Below are positions 12,581 to 26,730 of a stretch of DNA of 64,000 bases, one piece after another (positions within the stretch are counted from its first letter, which is position 1; the number at the start of each line of letters is the position of its first letter). Position numbers and translations under genes: made by a program. The stretch spans positions 37,202,001-37,266,000 of the forward strand of contig NC_087245.1 in assembly GCF_037042905.1 (NCBI RefSeq). Direction: 5' to 3'. The notes below the pieces were generated by a model. That model saw only the letters and a list, made by a program, of their open reading frames with translations, was not told where the DNA came from and did no database searches. Origin of the DNA: Lytechinus pictus (lineage: Eukaryota).

Positions 12581-12864
12581 AAGATTTATTTCAAGAAAAA
12601 AAATCCAATGAGACAATAATGCATGTGACACTGATTTTCTCGACTTTGTTTTAAAATGACAGGAATGAAAATATCTTTTAATAAAAATCCACACATAATG
12701 GATTATTGTAATGATGGATGTGGCATATAACCTGCTCAAAATGATAGCGCCCTCCGATCTCTAGCTTAACTTTTTACAAGCGCACGCTTCAACACCCACT
12801 CATGACCTTTTATCCACTTCACATGGAAGTAATTACTGTTTGAATGATTGCGGTTGGTGCCCAG

Positions 12865-13011
12865 GGGAGCATTTCAGGAAAGGACTTGTCAGATGTTTTA
12901 TCTGACTAAGTATGTTTTATCCAAAAGTTACTTGGAACTGTCCACAGCCGATCAAGGAAAGTTGTCAGATCCGACTTCTTGTTGGACAAAAAATGTTAAT
13001 GAAACGTTCCC
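12865..13011. mobile_element. PIF/Harbinger-like MITE with CWG TSD
   Basis: CAG|GGGAGCATTTCA...TGAAACGTTCCC|CAG. Confidence 0.65.
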
Positions 13012-16000
13012 CAGTTTTTTCAGATAGTGACATAAATGTTGGTATGTTTGGAAAAATATACCCTTGTTCCAATGATCAAAGCTAGCTCTGAAACGTTAGA
13101 GTTTCTTTATTACTACATTTACAGATTAAGACCTGTAGCTTTTCTACTTGCACGGGCAATTTCTGAGAGAGGGCAAATCAAAACTGGCAAAGGTATGCAG
13201 CAGTCATTATGAGTCTGTTAATCTACTAATTAGCTACAAACAATGCATTTTCAAATTTGATTTGACTTCAAAGTTGCTACGCGAACGTCCACAATAATTG
13301 CAAAAAACAGTCTTTAATACAAAGATGTGTAAAAAACCAAGGCCTCTTTTGTTGATTGGTAACGTTTCCATGGCATAAAAATGTACAGATATCGAGACTA
13401 GTCCAAGGAAACTTCAGGGTCGCGTAACACTTACTTAAAGATTGATTGTAAAGTTGATTTTTATGATCAATTACATTGGTAACTATGTGCATTTAATACT
13501 ACAAATCAACTACTGTACAATTAATCACTAAGCGTTGTGTTGCAGGACCCTGGGGAGAGTTTCACAAAGCACCCTGTCGGTGGTTTTCATCCCAAAATTT
13601 TCCCTTAGCAAATCAGATGCAAGGATTTCAGTAGCTTTTAACAACTCTCAAAGAAAATCCCTGATAAGATGCTGCATGAAATACTTTCCGGACGAGTACT
13701 TTCACGAAGACAATGAGTGACTGCCACAAGACGATTCATCGTGAATTCGTGATAAAAAATCCTCACAACTAGAATTTTCGGAGTATTACAGTTACGATCA
13801 GTTAGAAATGTTTACGATGTGTCACTTTCTACACTTATTACTGTTCAAATTTCAACGAAAAGTTTGGCAAATAATACCCAAAACTATTAGACAGTGGATG
13901 TATATTTTACTGAAGTTGACAGAGACTGAAAATTAGCTACATTAAAAAAAATGCATCAATAATTTTGCCATCAAGTATATAAAAAATTGATTGTCTTATA
14001 TATGCCGGGTTAAAACGGATTAAATTTGTATGCATAGACTTGTCTTATTATCAGCCTCAAAATTACTCCTAGTGAAAAATATTTGGTAAAGATGAAAATT
14101 TAAGCGTGAAAAGAAGAGGGAACAAAGAGAAACAAGACAGAAAAAGGATTAATATGAGATGGATAGAAACTTTTCTTCTTCAATTTCGATTTGATAGTGA
14201 AAATTCAGTTTCAAAGTAGTCGAATCAATTCAACATAAAAGGCAGACAAGGAATTATGATATCATTATTCAGATGACAACAGGTATATATAACAAGGTTG
14301 CATATATGAGAAGTCTTCTCTTAAAAAAAATGCAAGATCTAGAATCATAACATGTGAAAGACATGAATAGGTGAAACATTAACACACATCTAATTCTATT
14401 GGCATTTTATGCCCTTTTGCATTCATTATTACATATTATAGAATAAGCAAATGATTTTGTATTATTGGAATTGTATAAATTACTATTCAACCTGCATTCA
14501 TTTACATTAGGAATATCAATTCATTTTGGGAATGTTGATAGGCAAAATGATTCAATCCAAGATTTTAAATACAATTCATTCCCCATCGTTAATTCTTATC
14601 CCACTTAAGATCAACAAAAATATACATACAGTGATCCGCAAAACAATCACAATTAATATACCAATAATATGACATAGCAGTAAAAGGAGCAAAATGAAAA
14701 ATACAACAATAAAATTCATAGATTTAATATTTTTTCTAAAAATTAAGTTAAATGCTTTTTTGAATGAGCACTAAAATCATGGATAAAATGTTCCTCAATC
14801 ATATTCACTACAAAGTATTTGTTTTTCATTTCATTTCTTGACAAGAGAAAAAGGATACAAATAATCTATTGATTTTTAAATGCATGATTATTAGTTACCT
14901 GTAAATAATTTTTTAAGTACTGAAATTATCACCTTCATCATTGGCACTATGTCTATATGTAGGCTACAAGAACTATGGTGTAAATGTAAATGAGAAGAAA
15001 AGAGATTTTACACAAAAATTCCAGGAAAACATCACTACAATTATACCCATTTTTGCCCATAATAAAGGCATGATTTCTTCACTGCATTTTGAACTTCACA
15101 ATTCAGTAGATTATAAAGTTTGGAGTAATAATATCGTGAAATCGCATTACTTTTTGGTGACGGAATAGATAAATGGGTGCTTTATACAAAATATAGTTTT
15201 TATCTATTATTTTCACTGACAAGGAATACAACGATCAAATTAGTTTACAAGATTATTCGAGGTATATATATTCCTGTGATTTTTCATTTAGATACATGTC
15301 AAAATATATAAAAACCATGGGTCCGAGAAATCTGTTTAAATACACATTTATAGAATTTTTTTTTTCTTTAATAATGCTATACAAAATCTGGAAGCAAACT
15401 TTCATTTTATTTACGTAGGAGACCCCTCATTCCATCACCATAGAAACGGGTATACAAACATTACGCAGAGATAAGAAACATAAGAATATATCCATTTCTT
15501 CAGTAAAATCTACCACATTGACTTTTGATATTATGGCAACTTCTGTCATAAGAGCATCATTTCAAACTCCTTAAAAATATCAATATTTCAGCTCACTAGT
15601 TTAAAATTTTTCATAGAACATTTCCATGGGGAAGTGTGTGATACTTTGAAAGGTGACATAAGTCCTTATGTCTCTTATCACTTTGTTCTGGAAGATGGAG
15701 ATCATTAGATCACATTCTACTTCAGAGCAACAGAGTCTCTTTAACCGCTGAAGATTTCTGAGAATCCTAAAGTATAAAGTACTATGTGACAAAATAATCT
15801 AAGGCAAAACACTGGATGCATGCATGCTACTAAACTCGTATTGATGTACAAAGTGTTGTAACATCTCCACTGATTTCTGAAAAAAAAGTTAGTTCCTGGC
15901 ATGAAACTCACATCCAACAACCCCTGCAATGTTCACACGCATCAAATAAGATCCCATGATCGACATGAGGTCTAGAATAGTGTTGTGTGAACGCGCTTTC

Positions 16001-16352
16001 CCCTATATAAATCTGAATACAACAAGATACAATGTATGTTTATATCATAGTACTACATTTATCTTTAGGTCCCACGCAGTATATTTTTCTACAAAAAGGG
16101 AGAAAGAAAAGAGTTGTCCTACGGTTAAAATCACTATCAACGGTAACTCTGAATGTCAATGGTAAATACCATGGAAACAAGGCTCAACAGCCAATCAAAA
16201 TCAACCTATCCATGGTAGTTAACATTGATGTCAGCATTCCCATCAATAGTATGTTTCATGCAACGCAACCCAAATTTAATGTGGTATAATATATATAAAC
16301 ATTGATAGTAATCTGCAATAAATACTATGGGATGTGCACTATAAGAATAAAT

Positions 16353-16517
16353 CTATGGGCTTGTAGCAAACATTTTCTTGGCTGCTTTCTTTTGTAATTT
16401 TTCTCTTGCTTTTTGTTCCTTTTGGTGAGCCTTCTTCTCCTTCTCCACGCAAGCCTTGAGTTCTTTGACCTTCTTCTTGAATGTGTTCTTATCATTGGAA
16501 TTACTCACACCTAACGT
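16353..16517 (-). CDS. PPP1R9A: Neurabin last coding exon, SAM end and basic coiled-coil tail
   Basis: tgccctcag|ACGTTA...; TLGVSNSNDKNTFKKKVKELKACVEKEKKAHQKEQKAREKLQKKAAKKMFATSP, stop TAG. Confidence 0.93.
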   Translation of the reverse strand, partial: TLGVSNSNDKNTFKKKVKELKACVEKEKKAHQKEQKAREKLQKKAAKKMFATSP

Positions 16518-19500
16518 CTGAGGGCAAGAAAAGAGAAAATGGAAAATTGTTAAGATAGCATAATAGGTCCATTTATATAACATAACTACTATGAGCATTC
16601 ACTGTGCATAATAATTGATATTGTATTATTACCAAGGCTAAAGCTGAGCTGCTGTATAGAAAGCATTCAAGGAAAAAATCCTTCCGGGGTACCCATTCCC
16701 CTAACCTGGGTCGATTGCAGCCAATGTGGATAAATTTCTTGCTGAAGGAAATTAGCACCTGGAGTAAGATTAGAACCCACAAACTTCTAATTAAAAGGCA
16801 AGAGTCAGAACCACTAGACCATAATGCTTCCACACATAAAAAAAAATCTATACTCGGACCTTAAATCAAACAACCTTTAGAAATTCATAATTTCAAGACA
16901 GATGCCTTCTTAGTGGACTAATAGGAGACTCACTGATTTAATTCTAACATACATTTTTCATAGATCCACACCTGATAAGGGGGATCAGTATCCCCCAGTC
17001 TGCAGGCACAGACCCTGATTGAAACTTTGATCAACAGGCGAGTCTTCACACAAGACTAGCACAAAATACAACTAGCTCTTTCAATTTTGTTCCCCCTGAA
17101 TAAGAGGGGCCTACTGTACAAAAGCCATTGGCAGGGTCCCTAGGCTGCATATTCAGACCACTTGAATCGAGAGAAGGGTCTGCACAGCAGACTAAGACAC
17201 TGCATCATATTGACCTTTGACCCTCAGTGCACTGACCTTTAACTTGGCCCCATCCAGCTGTAGCAGAGCCTGTCCATTGATAGAGTTAGCAGAGAAATCG
17301 TTGATGTACTGTGCAAGGTTGTTGGCCATCAGCCATTGCGAGACGTGGGTAGTATTCCAGTCCCACACTGGACGTTCGTCTATATGATGCGGCTTCTGAA
17401 CAGGTTCATCCTGAGGAATTATGGGATATATTTTGGTTTAGCAGGCACAGAAATTATCTCAAATTGACTCTATGATCATCTTTCTTTTTTCATATACCTT
17501 TCCTGATATATGGTCGCCATCCTTTATTCCTCGTACTTCATGGAATATTTCTTTTGCCCTCTCCTGTATGCTACATTTGACCAAATAAAATAGTAATAAA
17601 CAGTGATTCCTGGATATAATCAAAGCATAATCTCTACTTTTGAATTCAGAATGGTGAACTTTGATATAAAGCTATCAATGATAATTTCGGAAGAAATAAC
17701 AGACCAGTGTTGTAGTCAAGGCATAAACCCCCAAGGCCAAGGCAAAGGCCAAACCTACAGCATTGAAACCTGTTGCCTACCTGTTTTAAATGCCATTACA
17801 TTACATCAAACCTGTAATCTTATCGCATGATATTATATTCAATGCGTAATCTCAAAGGCTGAAATATCATGATCTGATCAATAATGTTATTCACCACTTG
17901 CAAATGAGAATTTAAGTTCAAACTTAAGTTGGACTTAGTGAAACTCCCCTTGTGCTTGTATAATACTCACTTGTGCAGGACCTGATATACTGTATTTGCC
18001 CTTCTTCTTTTTCTTCCCTCCACCAAGCTCACTCGCTGGCATGGAAGCAAGGTAATCCGTTGATGATGCTGAGAACATATGCCTCTTTTCTTCTAAGAAA
18101 ATAAATATGACAGTACAACATGTATCAACTCAATTGACATATGACAATTTTTTACACTGCCATTTTGCAAAAAATACTAAAATATTAAAAATTCCCAACT
18201 TATGGATCATCCTTCACATGCCATTGTAATGCCAAACAGAGGAAGATCAGGGGCGGATCCAAGGGGGGAGGGGGCGAGCAGCCGGCACCCCTATTTTGAG
18301 GCAACCTGCAAAAAAATATTATTTATGAAATAGAGAATTTTTGACAGAGTAAAATGACCTCAGAAACGCTGAAATTGCACATTAAGGGGTTTAATTTTTC
18401 AATTTTTTTCCAGACCCGTCAGGACACACCTTTGGGGCATGTTACGGGGCCTTCGGTCCTCCCTTTGAAAAATTCCTGGATCCACCCCTGGAGATTTTCA
18501 CTGAATTATGAATGCATTTATAATCTGTTCTACATATAGAGTATTTTGTTTATGTCAAAACAAATTTAATTCCATCAAGATAAGGAAAGTTGCACTTGAT
18601 AGAAAGGTAGGACATTGCAATAAATGAATGAATGATTCTGAACTGGATTTTACTCAATTAAAAAAAAAAGTTTTTTTTAAAGCAATATATTTTTATGATT
18701 GAAAAATTGTTTCCTTGCATGAAGTTTACCTTTACTATTGAGAAACTTGCATACATTTAGTGTTCTGAGTTATCTTTCGTTGAGCAAACAAAATTAAGGA
18801 TTGATAAATAGAAAAGAAGATTAACGGCATTCAAACTCAGGATATTTCCATTATGGCATATGAACGATAAACCTTGTAGTAAACCCTGTACCATTTTGGC
18901 ACAAGACATATAAGCCTTGCCAATACACCATTTACCATTATAACATAAGATTGATTGCAAAATATACAAATCCCTTGATAGCATATGAAATGATAAACCT
19001 TGATGACAGATAACTTGTCCATTTCAGTATATGAATAAGAAAAATTGTCCAAACCAGCCTATATAACAGAACATGAATGATATAACATTTCTGGTACATC
19101 AATATGCATATATGACTTGCAATGGTTTTAGGTACACAGAGATCCATTACAGCATATGAATGACAAAACATTATGGGTACATCAGTTTCCATTATGGCAT
19201 ATGAATACTACGTCTTCCACTACCCTAGTGTTCAAAGAACATGGTCAACAGGGCAAGGTTCAAGGTTATTATGTTAACAATACAGTAAGTCACCAGGGGC
19301 CCTTATCACAAAGATTAGCAATTGATTGTACAATCAATTTTACACTTGATTACACATAACTATCAGTGACATCATAACAATCAGTCCTACGACCATGCAC
19401 TATGTTTTGTGATAAATGGCTCTGATAATTTAAAACATCATCTTCTAAGCATTGAGTACTTAAGCATAGTGGCAATTTGAAAGGATCATGTTAATAACAA

Positions 19501-22500
19501 AGAGAAAGTAAGAGTAGAACGAAGGAGAGATGACATGAATGGCAAAGATATTGACAGTGACACGAAAGCATGATACTTTCCATGGATACATCAATACAAA
19601 AATGTAACACACAAGATGACATGCATGGATCAGACATATGCTGTGAGAGATGATAATGGTATGATGAAAAGAATGGGCTCAACCAATATATCTACCCGAC
19701 AGTAATTTGCAGATGTATAATATCCAGATTAGAAAGCTTCATATCGTCAGTTTCTGATCAAAGTTTGTTATATATAAGAAAAAATTGAATGTTAATTATT
19801 GAATGTATATTCTGTCATTAAAACAAGGCACTGTTTTTGTAGAAATATAGTCAGCAAGAAAAAAACAATGTTATTGCTAAGCATGAATTTAGCCTCAATA
19901 TCAAACTAAAAATATAGTTATTTCATATAGACAATGAAATTTCCTTTTCTTTTGTTTGTGTTACACATAGGTCTCTTTTGATACAGCGCTATAAGCATCT
20001 GCTCATGATGTATTCATGCTTATATTTATATTAATATTACTGAAAAGGAGGCAAGGAGTGTGTTGCACCAACATGTAGTAAGACCTGACAAATTTCCTTG
20101 ATTTCGATTGGCAGAGAAACGCTTTTAATACGGGAACTCTCGGATAAAGCATACTTTAGTTTGATAAAACATCAGACAAGTCCTTTCATGAAATCATTGG
20201 AGCATTTCATGAAAGGACTTTTAAAGCATTTCATCAAACAAATTCTACTTCAGCAGAGAGTTGCCATGCTTCTCAGCCAATCAAAATCAAGGAAGTTGTC
20301 AGGGCAGCATTTCATCTACATTTTTTGTCTCACAAGTTTTCAGGTCCGACAACTGTCCTTGGCTTTGATTGGCCAAGAAGCACTGTTACTATGGTAACTG
20401 TAGGATAAAACAGGACTTGTCAGATACAACGTCCAACGAGTCCCTTTCTGAAATGCTCCTCAGAGTTATTAAAACAAAGGATATCGCTGAAATCATTAGA
20501 GCTGATAATTTCCTCAGTGTTGACAACTTTCATGAAACACATCTCCCGTGTCAGTGCTGACAACATTCAGCATTTCACGAAAGGACTTTTCAGATGTTCC
20601 ATCCGACAAATCAGTTTTATCTGCCAGTTAGAAACAAAGCTTCTCAGCCAATCAAAACCAAGAAAGCTGTCAGATCAGACAAACTGTCGGATGAAAAGTG
20701 TCAAAGAGATGCTCCCCCCCAATCAAAACCAAGAATATCACTGACAATGTCAGGGCTAATTATTTAGTCAGTGCTGTCTGCAGAAAGCTTTCATAAAACA
20801 CCCCTCCCCCTCCCCTTCATCACAACCCTAACACAGTCCCCCCCCCCCCGATATAGTCTTTCCAGGGAGCGTTTCATGAAAGGACTTGTCGGACGTTTCA
20901 TCCGACAAATCCTGTTTTATCCGACAGTTACCATAGCAACAGTGCCTCTCGGCCAATCAAAATCAAGGAAAGATGTCAGATCCGACAACTTGCCAGACAA
21001 AAATATTGATGAGACTCTCCCCCTGGAGGGAGCCTTCATACCTTGCTCTCCCTCATCATCGGATGGAAATGATGACAGGGATGAAGAGGATGATGATGAC
21101 CACGTTGATGAGGAAAGTGAAGATGACGAGGAAAGTTTTGGAGCAGAGCGAGACAGAACACGCACACCACCACCTTTGGGGGGTTTGACAGAAATGTTAA
21201 CAGAACAAAAAAATAGACAGACACACACACACAGAAAGGACCACAAGTAAAGCGATTAATAAACAAAGATTTTACAGGGCCATTTATGTAAGAATTTTAG
21301 CACTGATTTGCCATTTTTCAATTAATAATTAATACATTGTACCATTTCTTTTTCTTAGAAAATAGATTGTAGCAGTTAACAATCAGCATAACATAATATA
21401 GTCCTTTGTAAGACTTTGCTCTATCTGGAATCTTTTTTTTTTTTTAACAGGAAACTGTAATTTTTTGTTTTATTTTCACCAAATTAAATTAATTAAAAAT
21501 TAATTATTTATTTTAAAGACTCCTTCATACCTAACTATAAATGACTCTGTAAATTCAACTTAGGAGAGAAGAAAGAGGGTTAACAGATACATGCAAAATA
21601 ATGAGAACATTATGCAGGGTCTTTATTTGCACAACTTATCACAAAAACTATTTTTAAACTACATGCGTTATGTATTTTAACAACATTAGGCATTGCTCAG
21701 AGCAGTCATGCACTTAAAGCCCACAAAAGTTTGAGAGTAAAGTAAACACTTAAAGCAAGAAATAAGAAGTATGTAAACTGTTTTTAAAATAATTAATCAC
21801 ATAAAATCTAGGTTTCCTGAACATGTGGAGAGGCTCTTCAACTATTTATAAGATGTTCTCTCTTCTAATCAAACATCTCCCTTTTTTTAATGAGAACATC
21901 TCTTTACATATGGGCCAAAGAAGAGGTAAAGTAAACACAGTAAGCTTTTGCACTTTCAGAATTGCATTTTGTGAGAGAAAGGAGCATCTGAAAAAAGATT
22001 GTTATTCATAGAATCAGGGAGAGGAAGAGAAAAAGAGGGGGGGGGGGTGGAGAAGGCCTGAAGAAACTAAATAATGAAAAAAAGCATGATTGGAACAAAT
22101 CCAAAGAGCACACAATGTAATGCAAAAGCACCAGAACATTCAAAAGTTAAAAAGAAATGGAAATGACAGAAAACCTGATAGAAAACCAAATCAGGGAAGA
22201 GTTAAAAAAAAAATTTGAATGCCAGAAACAGAGATTTGGAACCAATCCTGGGTGGAAAGCATCAGAATTAGCTGCGCTGCCTTGATAGCTACCTTGAGGA
22301 AACATAGGAGGTTCATCCGAGCTACGACTACCTTGACTAGATAATTCCGGACTTAGCTGATGATCGAAGGGTACGTCTACCGCCCTCTCCTGGTGTTTAT
22401 GCCGGTGGTGGGGGTGAGATGAGACTAGGCTTACCCCTACTCCTTCCGGTGAAGAAGATGAAGGGGAGGATTCTATATGGGCACTCGTGTTTGGTTGCTG

Positions 22501-25500
22501 TAACCTGAAGAAAAACGAGGATATAGGGTTTTGGATGTCATTCTATAATAAAATGAGAAAAACGAATGCATAGCAAAGTGTGTGTGTATTTGAGTTTTGT
22601 CAGACGTGTATCAATCAGATATGATTATTTACGTCTGGGACCGACCTTTAACGTCACCATCCGAAAGACGGGACCAGGGCTCGAACCTCGAACCTCTGCA
22701 TCAATTTGTAACTTCCCCACAGCTTGGATTACAGGCGCACGCCACAACGCCCAAGTACGCTGTGATTTAAGCGGTTAACCGGATTATACATCAATTGTCT
22801 ATAGATTCCCCCGCTCGCATCAGCACAGCGTACTGAGCAGTTTGACCCATCACAAGAAACGTCAACTTGTGTAGGCTTCCTATGCGAGAGCACATTTAAT
22901 AAACCCTTTGTTTCTCTTTATATCTGCGTTTTTGTAATTGCATTTTGAATCATGACTCATGTTGCTGTTTATATGTGAAAATTGACACTGAACACACCCT
23001 TGGAAATACTAAAACTGGCAGAAGCATAGTCACACTTTATCCACCGTTCATAAATTTGATAAGCAAGGAACGCCGCATCCCATCACTCTCCTACTCTTTT
23101 TCTGTTTACTTTCACGTCAAACACAACCTAACAACTTGGTTTAACATGTGAAGACCGGGGAAAGCCTTTCATGAACCAAATAGTTGGCTATTTCACTGAC
23201 ACGTGTTATAAGCTACTGAAATCCTTCCATCTGATTGGCTCAGAAGAAATCAGTCAGTAAAAATCACTGAGCCTTTAGTTTCATGAAACACTTTAACTAC
23301 TGGGACTGTCCAACGCTAAATCTTGTAACCTTACTTTGTTATCAAACTTGAGATCAAATTTCAAGTCTTCTTGGTTTCACTTCCATCTTTCAAAAACAGA
23401 ACAAACTGAAAACGATAAAATCTGACATGACAGCCTATGAGCCTATATTCTTTTTAACAGATCCCTTAACTGAGGAAATATCATATAATGTAACTATTAA
23501 ATATATTTCACAATCTATAGTCTTTACCTAAGGCTTTACTATTCATAGTAACAAATCAATCCATGTAATTAGGACACGGCTGATAGCTTACCTTAGAATA
23601 GGCATTGCCGGTGGAAGGCCTGACGATGACGTCGTTGCCGTGACGACGGGAGCCGGAACCGGAGATGGTGGGCTTTGGTACCCCGTGGCTATATGATCCG
23701 TACTCGTATCGGGTTCTCTGTATACAGTCAATGAGAAGGGTTCAAAAACTAAATTAGGACATCCGCAATGGTCTGGTTTTATATAGATGCTGCGAGTGAC
23801 AGGCTTGTATAACATGAGCACGCAAACACCTGTGGAACAAATGGAACTATGTTTGAAGCAATAAGATAAGACTTGGGTGGTGTTTCACAAACACTTTAGT
23901 GTGACTAAAAATGAAACTTAAATTCCCAGTTGAGTGCGGTACATTGGTCAGACAATGTTCAAAGGATGCACACTACTGCATATTCATCAATGAGGTTATG
24001 TGTTAGATACTCTGTGTGTATGTTGGTATTTAAGAATGAATCTAAGTCACATTTACGTCTTTGTGAAAAACACCCCCTGGGGAGTGTTTCACAAAGATTT
24101 AACTATGACTCAGAGTCGCACTTAAATGCCTAGTTGCGTACGTTATAAAAGGCATGGCCGCATTGGTCAGATCATGCAAAGAGGACGCACACTAATGCGA
24201 ATTGAGCAATAAGATTGCGCGTTTCATATCGTGTACACGTTGGCACTTAGTGCGACTCTAAGTCATACTTAAATCTTGTGAAACACCCCCCCCCCCCCCA
24301 GGTCAAATAAAACAACAGAGCAATGTTCTACTATGAATGATAAAGAAGGTCTAACTTTAAAGACAAGTTCTCACATTTATTTGATACCTAAATATGACTA
24401 AATTCCAGGAATTCCTTTAAGTTTGAGCACCTGATCAGGGTAGCCGTACTAAAGCAGGGGTGATATTATGCAGCACTTTCATAGAAACATTGTATTAAGC
24501 ACTATATAAATGTTGCATGTAAATAATATTGGAAAAAATAAAAAATAAAGGGATGAAAAGAAGTATCAACACAAACTGGATGACAATACAGGGTGTCTGT
24601 GACATAAAAAAACTCAATTTTGGGCAGAATAAAATACAACTACATAAAAAGGAACAGGGAAATAAATGATGAAAAATAGATATCATCAAAGTATATTCTC
24701 ATGGGTTAAAATAGTAAGGCACAACAGGGAGGTTTCTATCATGAAGCATAGAGGCACATTTTGACTGCAATTACACTAGTAAAGTCCATCTAAATTCATT
24801 CAGGGGGAAAAAATATTAGGCATGAAAAAATTCTTTTAGAAATTCTTCCACAATGTCTACAGCTAACGAGACTAGAAAATGTCTGAAGCAAAAACTATTA
24901 TACAACTACTTCATTGATAAAAATGTGAAGTTACAAAAGATATTACAAACATTTGAGGAATATTAATCTGAAATAACTAATTAATACTGATTGACAATGA
25001 TTCTTATGATTCTGTTACCAAAACAGGGAAAAAAATGTAAGCTCATTGCAAATAGCAGCTGAAAAGGGGGAGGGTTATAAGCGAAACATAGCAATTCTAT
25101 ATTGGAGATATGAAGGATGTACAGACTTGATTAATATCATATTCAGCATTCAACTATGTAAAAGAGCAAACAAGGAGAGGTGAGGTGGATTTAAATAGAA
25201 GGACCTTAGAAGCTACTACGTTTTGACATCAAAGCAGTAGATATTTTTAATACTTGTACATAATAACCGATGAAAAACCTCTCATTGTTGAGGACACTTA
25301 TATTCACAGCAGTCATGCATTAGTATATATCAAAAACATCTTCAGCATCTTGAGAGAATAAATACGCAAAGTTGGCAAAGCAATGTGGGATAGCTGCAAA
25401 ATATACACTGATTTTAAGAGAGGTCTACCAACTTACGGGAAATAGTGTCGGCTAAATTCAGGGTGGAATGAACAAGGGATGCAAATATTATTGTGTATGA

Positions 25501-26658
25501 TAACAAATGTTATATTCTGGATAATTCTAAAATGTACATGACACCTAATAAATGAATACAAAAATAGGAAGATAATAGCAGTGATTTTATTACAAAAAAA
25601 AAAAAAACTCTGGTTGTTAGTATAAACTACTGATAGGAATATCACACTGGAATTGACTTCTAACAATAAATGAACAACCTGCGCAATTATCTATAGTCTA
25701 CAGTCCAATACCTAATATTTGAAAACATACAAGAATTAATGCTTTTATCTTATAGTGTGATAGTGCCTTTAAACCTTTCAAAACAGCTTATATAAATTTA
25801 GTCATTATTACGATTATTAATCATTTATTATGATTATCATTTTCATTTATTTTATTTCATTTTTATTTACTATAGAAGTACATCGTTATAGCACTAGATG
25901 TGGCTTTCATGGTGCTTTAAATGACTTTAAATGTGTTGGAACAACATCCTTGCAGAAGAGAAACAACACTTCATTAATAACTTATCTGATTTCACGGTTC
26001 CTTATTGATATCATAAAACTTAATACGCATTAAAATAAATCAGTATATATTTTCCATTCATTATCAAAATAGAAATTAATTAACTTGGCTTGTTATTATT
26101 CACACATATTCATGTCATAAGAAAGGAAAGAATTATTATTAATTAATCTTCAAGTATGATTTAGATATATCTTTCTTTTAATTTAATAGAATGAGACAGA
26201 CTTTAATATTCCATATTGTAATTCCTATAAATGGCAAGTATACATGTATATATATACAACTTTTGCGCAAAATTAAACTTACACAATACACAGAGACAGA
26301 CAGACATACATACATGTTACAGACAGACAAACAGGGGTACATACACACAAATCACACACAATATATATCTATTTAAAACATTTCAACCATTTGAATTTGT
26401 GTCTTCCTATTGTTGTGCATATTCGAAAAACTTAGTTAGCTAACTGAGAAATAATTGTTAAGGAGGAAAGTATATTTGTAAGATACGACTCCTACTATTA
26501 CCTACTACTACTGCTACTGCTACTGCTACTGCTACTACTATTACTACTACCACTATGACTATAACTACAACTTCTACTACTACATTTACTTAGACCACTA
26601 CTATTACTAATACTACTTCTACTTCTACTACTACTACTACTACTATTGCTACTACTAT

Positions 26659-26730
<72 letters not shown>

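Larger units (their letters stand above)
11900..16352 (-). other. Putative long 3' UTR of the neurabin gene (end uncertain)
   Basis: U-rich on the minus strand downstream of the stop, with an AATAAA at 11923-11928 (minus) just before the transposon block. Other AATAAA sites exist. Confidence 0.3.

Noticed and set aside
17380..17990. ISGP...HH as a CRIB motif across the exon junction
   Set aside because: It lacks the F-x-H-x-x-H-V spacing.
25132..25158. Small exon candidate after a strong pyrimidine tract near 25160
   Set aside because: It has an immediate TGA in the required phase 2 and a weak donor (GTCTGT).
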